This document shows, piece by piece, positions 63,576 to 64,000 of a stretch of 64,000 bases of DNA (its first letter is position 1; each line of letters starts with the position of its first letter). Both the position numbers and the translations under genes were made by a program. The stretch comes from an uncultured Bacillota bacterium (lineage in GTDB: Bacteria > Bacillota_I > Bacilli_A > RF39 > UBA660), in contig CAMODW010000001.1 in assembly GCA_946611635.1 (NCBI GenBank), positions 10,829-74,828 on the forward strand, in the 5' to 3' direction. A model generated the notes under the pieces. The model saw nothing but the letters and a program-made list of their open reading frames with translations, had not been told where the DNA came from and did no database searches.

Positions 63576-63672
63576 AATTCCTCCTTGGTATATTAATATT
63601 ATATTATAAAAGTAATTTTTTTTAAAGGTTTTTGTCTTGCTAATATAATCTCTTCAATTATTCTTTTGTTTT

Positions 63673-63681
63673 TGTTATAAT
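63673..63681 (+). promoter_or_regulatory. Extended -10 element (TGtTATAAT) upstream of rnc
   Basis: Lies 17 nt upstream of ATG 63698. GGTGAT SD at 63688-63693. Confidence 0.4.
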
Positions 63682-63697
63682 GTTATAGGTGATTAAT

Positions 63698-64000
63698 ATG
63701 GATTTCTTAGAAAAGTTTGATATTCATGTTAGGAATAAAGATTTATTATTGACAGCGCTTACTCATTCTTCGTATGCTAATGAGCATCATTGTAAAAGTT
63801 ATGAAAGGTTAGAATTTTTAGGTGATGCTGTTCTTCAAATACTTATGAGTGATTATTTGTATAATAATATGGATTTAAGTGAAGGTAATATGAGTAAAAT
63901 TAGGGCTTCTTATGTTTGTGAAGCAGCTTGTGCTTTTTATGCGAAAAGATTAGATTATTTTCCATATATTAGAGTTGGTCATGGTCAATTAGGGAAAATA
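63698..64000 (+). CDS. rnc: Ribonuclease III, N-terminal part; the 3' end lies beyond the window
   Basis: LLLTALTHSSYANEH...ERLEFLGDAVLQ is the RNase III signature. Confidence 0.9.
   Translation, partial: MDFLEKFDIHVRNKDLLLTALTHSSYANEHHCKSYERLEFLGDAVLQILMSDYLYNNMDLSEGNMSKIRASYVCEAACAFYAKRLDYFPYIRVGHGQLGKI

Noticed and set aside
63388-63609. Plus-strand ORF 63388-63609.
   Set aside because: It is antisense to the ZnuA-like lipoprotein gene and runs through that gene's promoter. It has no SD.
63576-63620. AT palindrome ATATTAATAT upstream of the ZnuA-like gene, considered as a Zur/AdcR/MntR operator.
   Set aside because: It does not match the Zur (TCGTAAT.ATTACGA) or AdcR (TTAACNNGTTAA) consensus as I remember them. 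A 10-bp pure-AT palindrome is expected by chance in DNA this AT-rich, and it overlaps the likely -10 boxes.

Overview
This is a very AT-rich window (about a quarter to 30% G+C by eye) that uses the standard code. TGA is a real stop, for example at 1803-1805, and Trp is TGG. It looks like the chromosome of a cell-walled, low-GC Bacillota organism, possibly an Erysipelotrichales-like gut lineage; that placement is inference only. All but three protein genes and two tRNAs lie on the + strand. Recognisable housekeeping genes are obg (3' end), ruvA/ruvB, an ireB-ruvX-yrzB-mltG-trmR-U32-U32-greA block syntenic with Bacillus subtilis, tig, lon, a ylbL-like protease, mutS, nusB-xseA-xseB, pflB-pflA, rnc (5' end) and six tRNAs. 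Five accessory segments interrupt this backbone. (1) A Tad/CpaF-type secretion-ATPase operon at 5748-9425 has no pilin or prepilin peptidase. (2) A three-gene cluster at 27925-30045 ends in a protein with a class-III (prepilin) signal peptide. (3) An uninterrupted 10.5-kb run of 11 uncharacterised, mostly membrane-anchored genes spans 38288-48850. It includes a GH25-SH3 muramidase operon and a module of two zinc-ribbon membrane proteins, a 561-aa protein, an 83-aa protein and a 3-TM protein, and it abuts a tRNA pair. I consider this run the best candidate for an undescribed system. (4) One gene fuses a peptidase-C15-like domain to a Nudix domain. (5) Smaller oddities include a fully signalled 26-codon hydrophobic ORF, an internally deleted GNAT relic, an orphan ZnuA-like lipoprotein with substituted metal ligands, and promoters whose -35 boxes sit in the loops of long inverted repeats. 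Many ORF-track starts are artefactual N-terminal extensions, either a GTG inside a GGTGAT Shine-Dalgarno or a read-through of TGTGTTATAAT promoters, and I re-set those starts. No CRISPR array, transposase, integrase, rRNA or recognisable riboswitch was seen. All homology calls come from motif recognition by eye, not from database searches.
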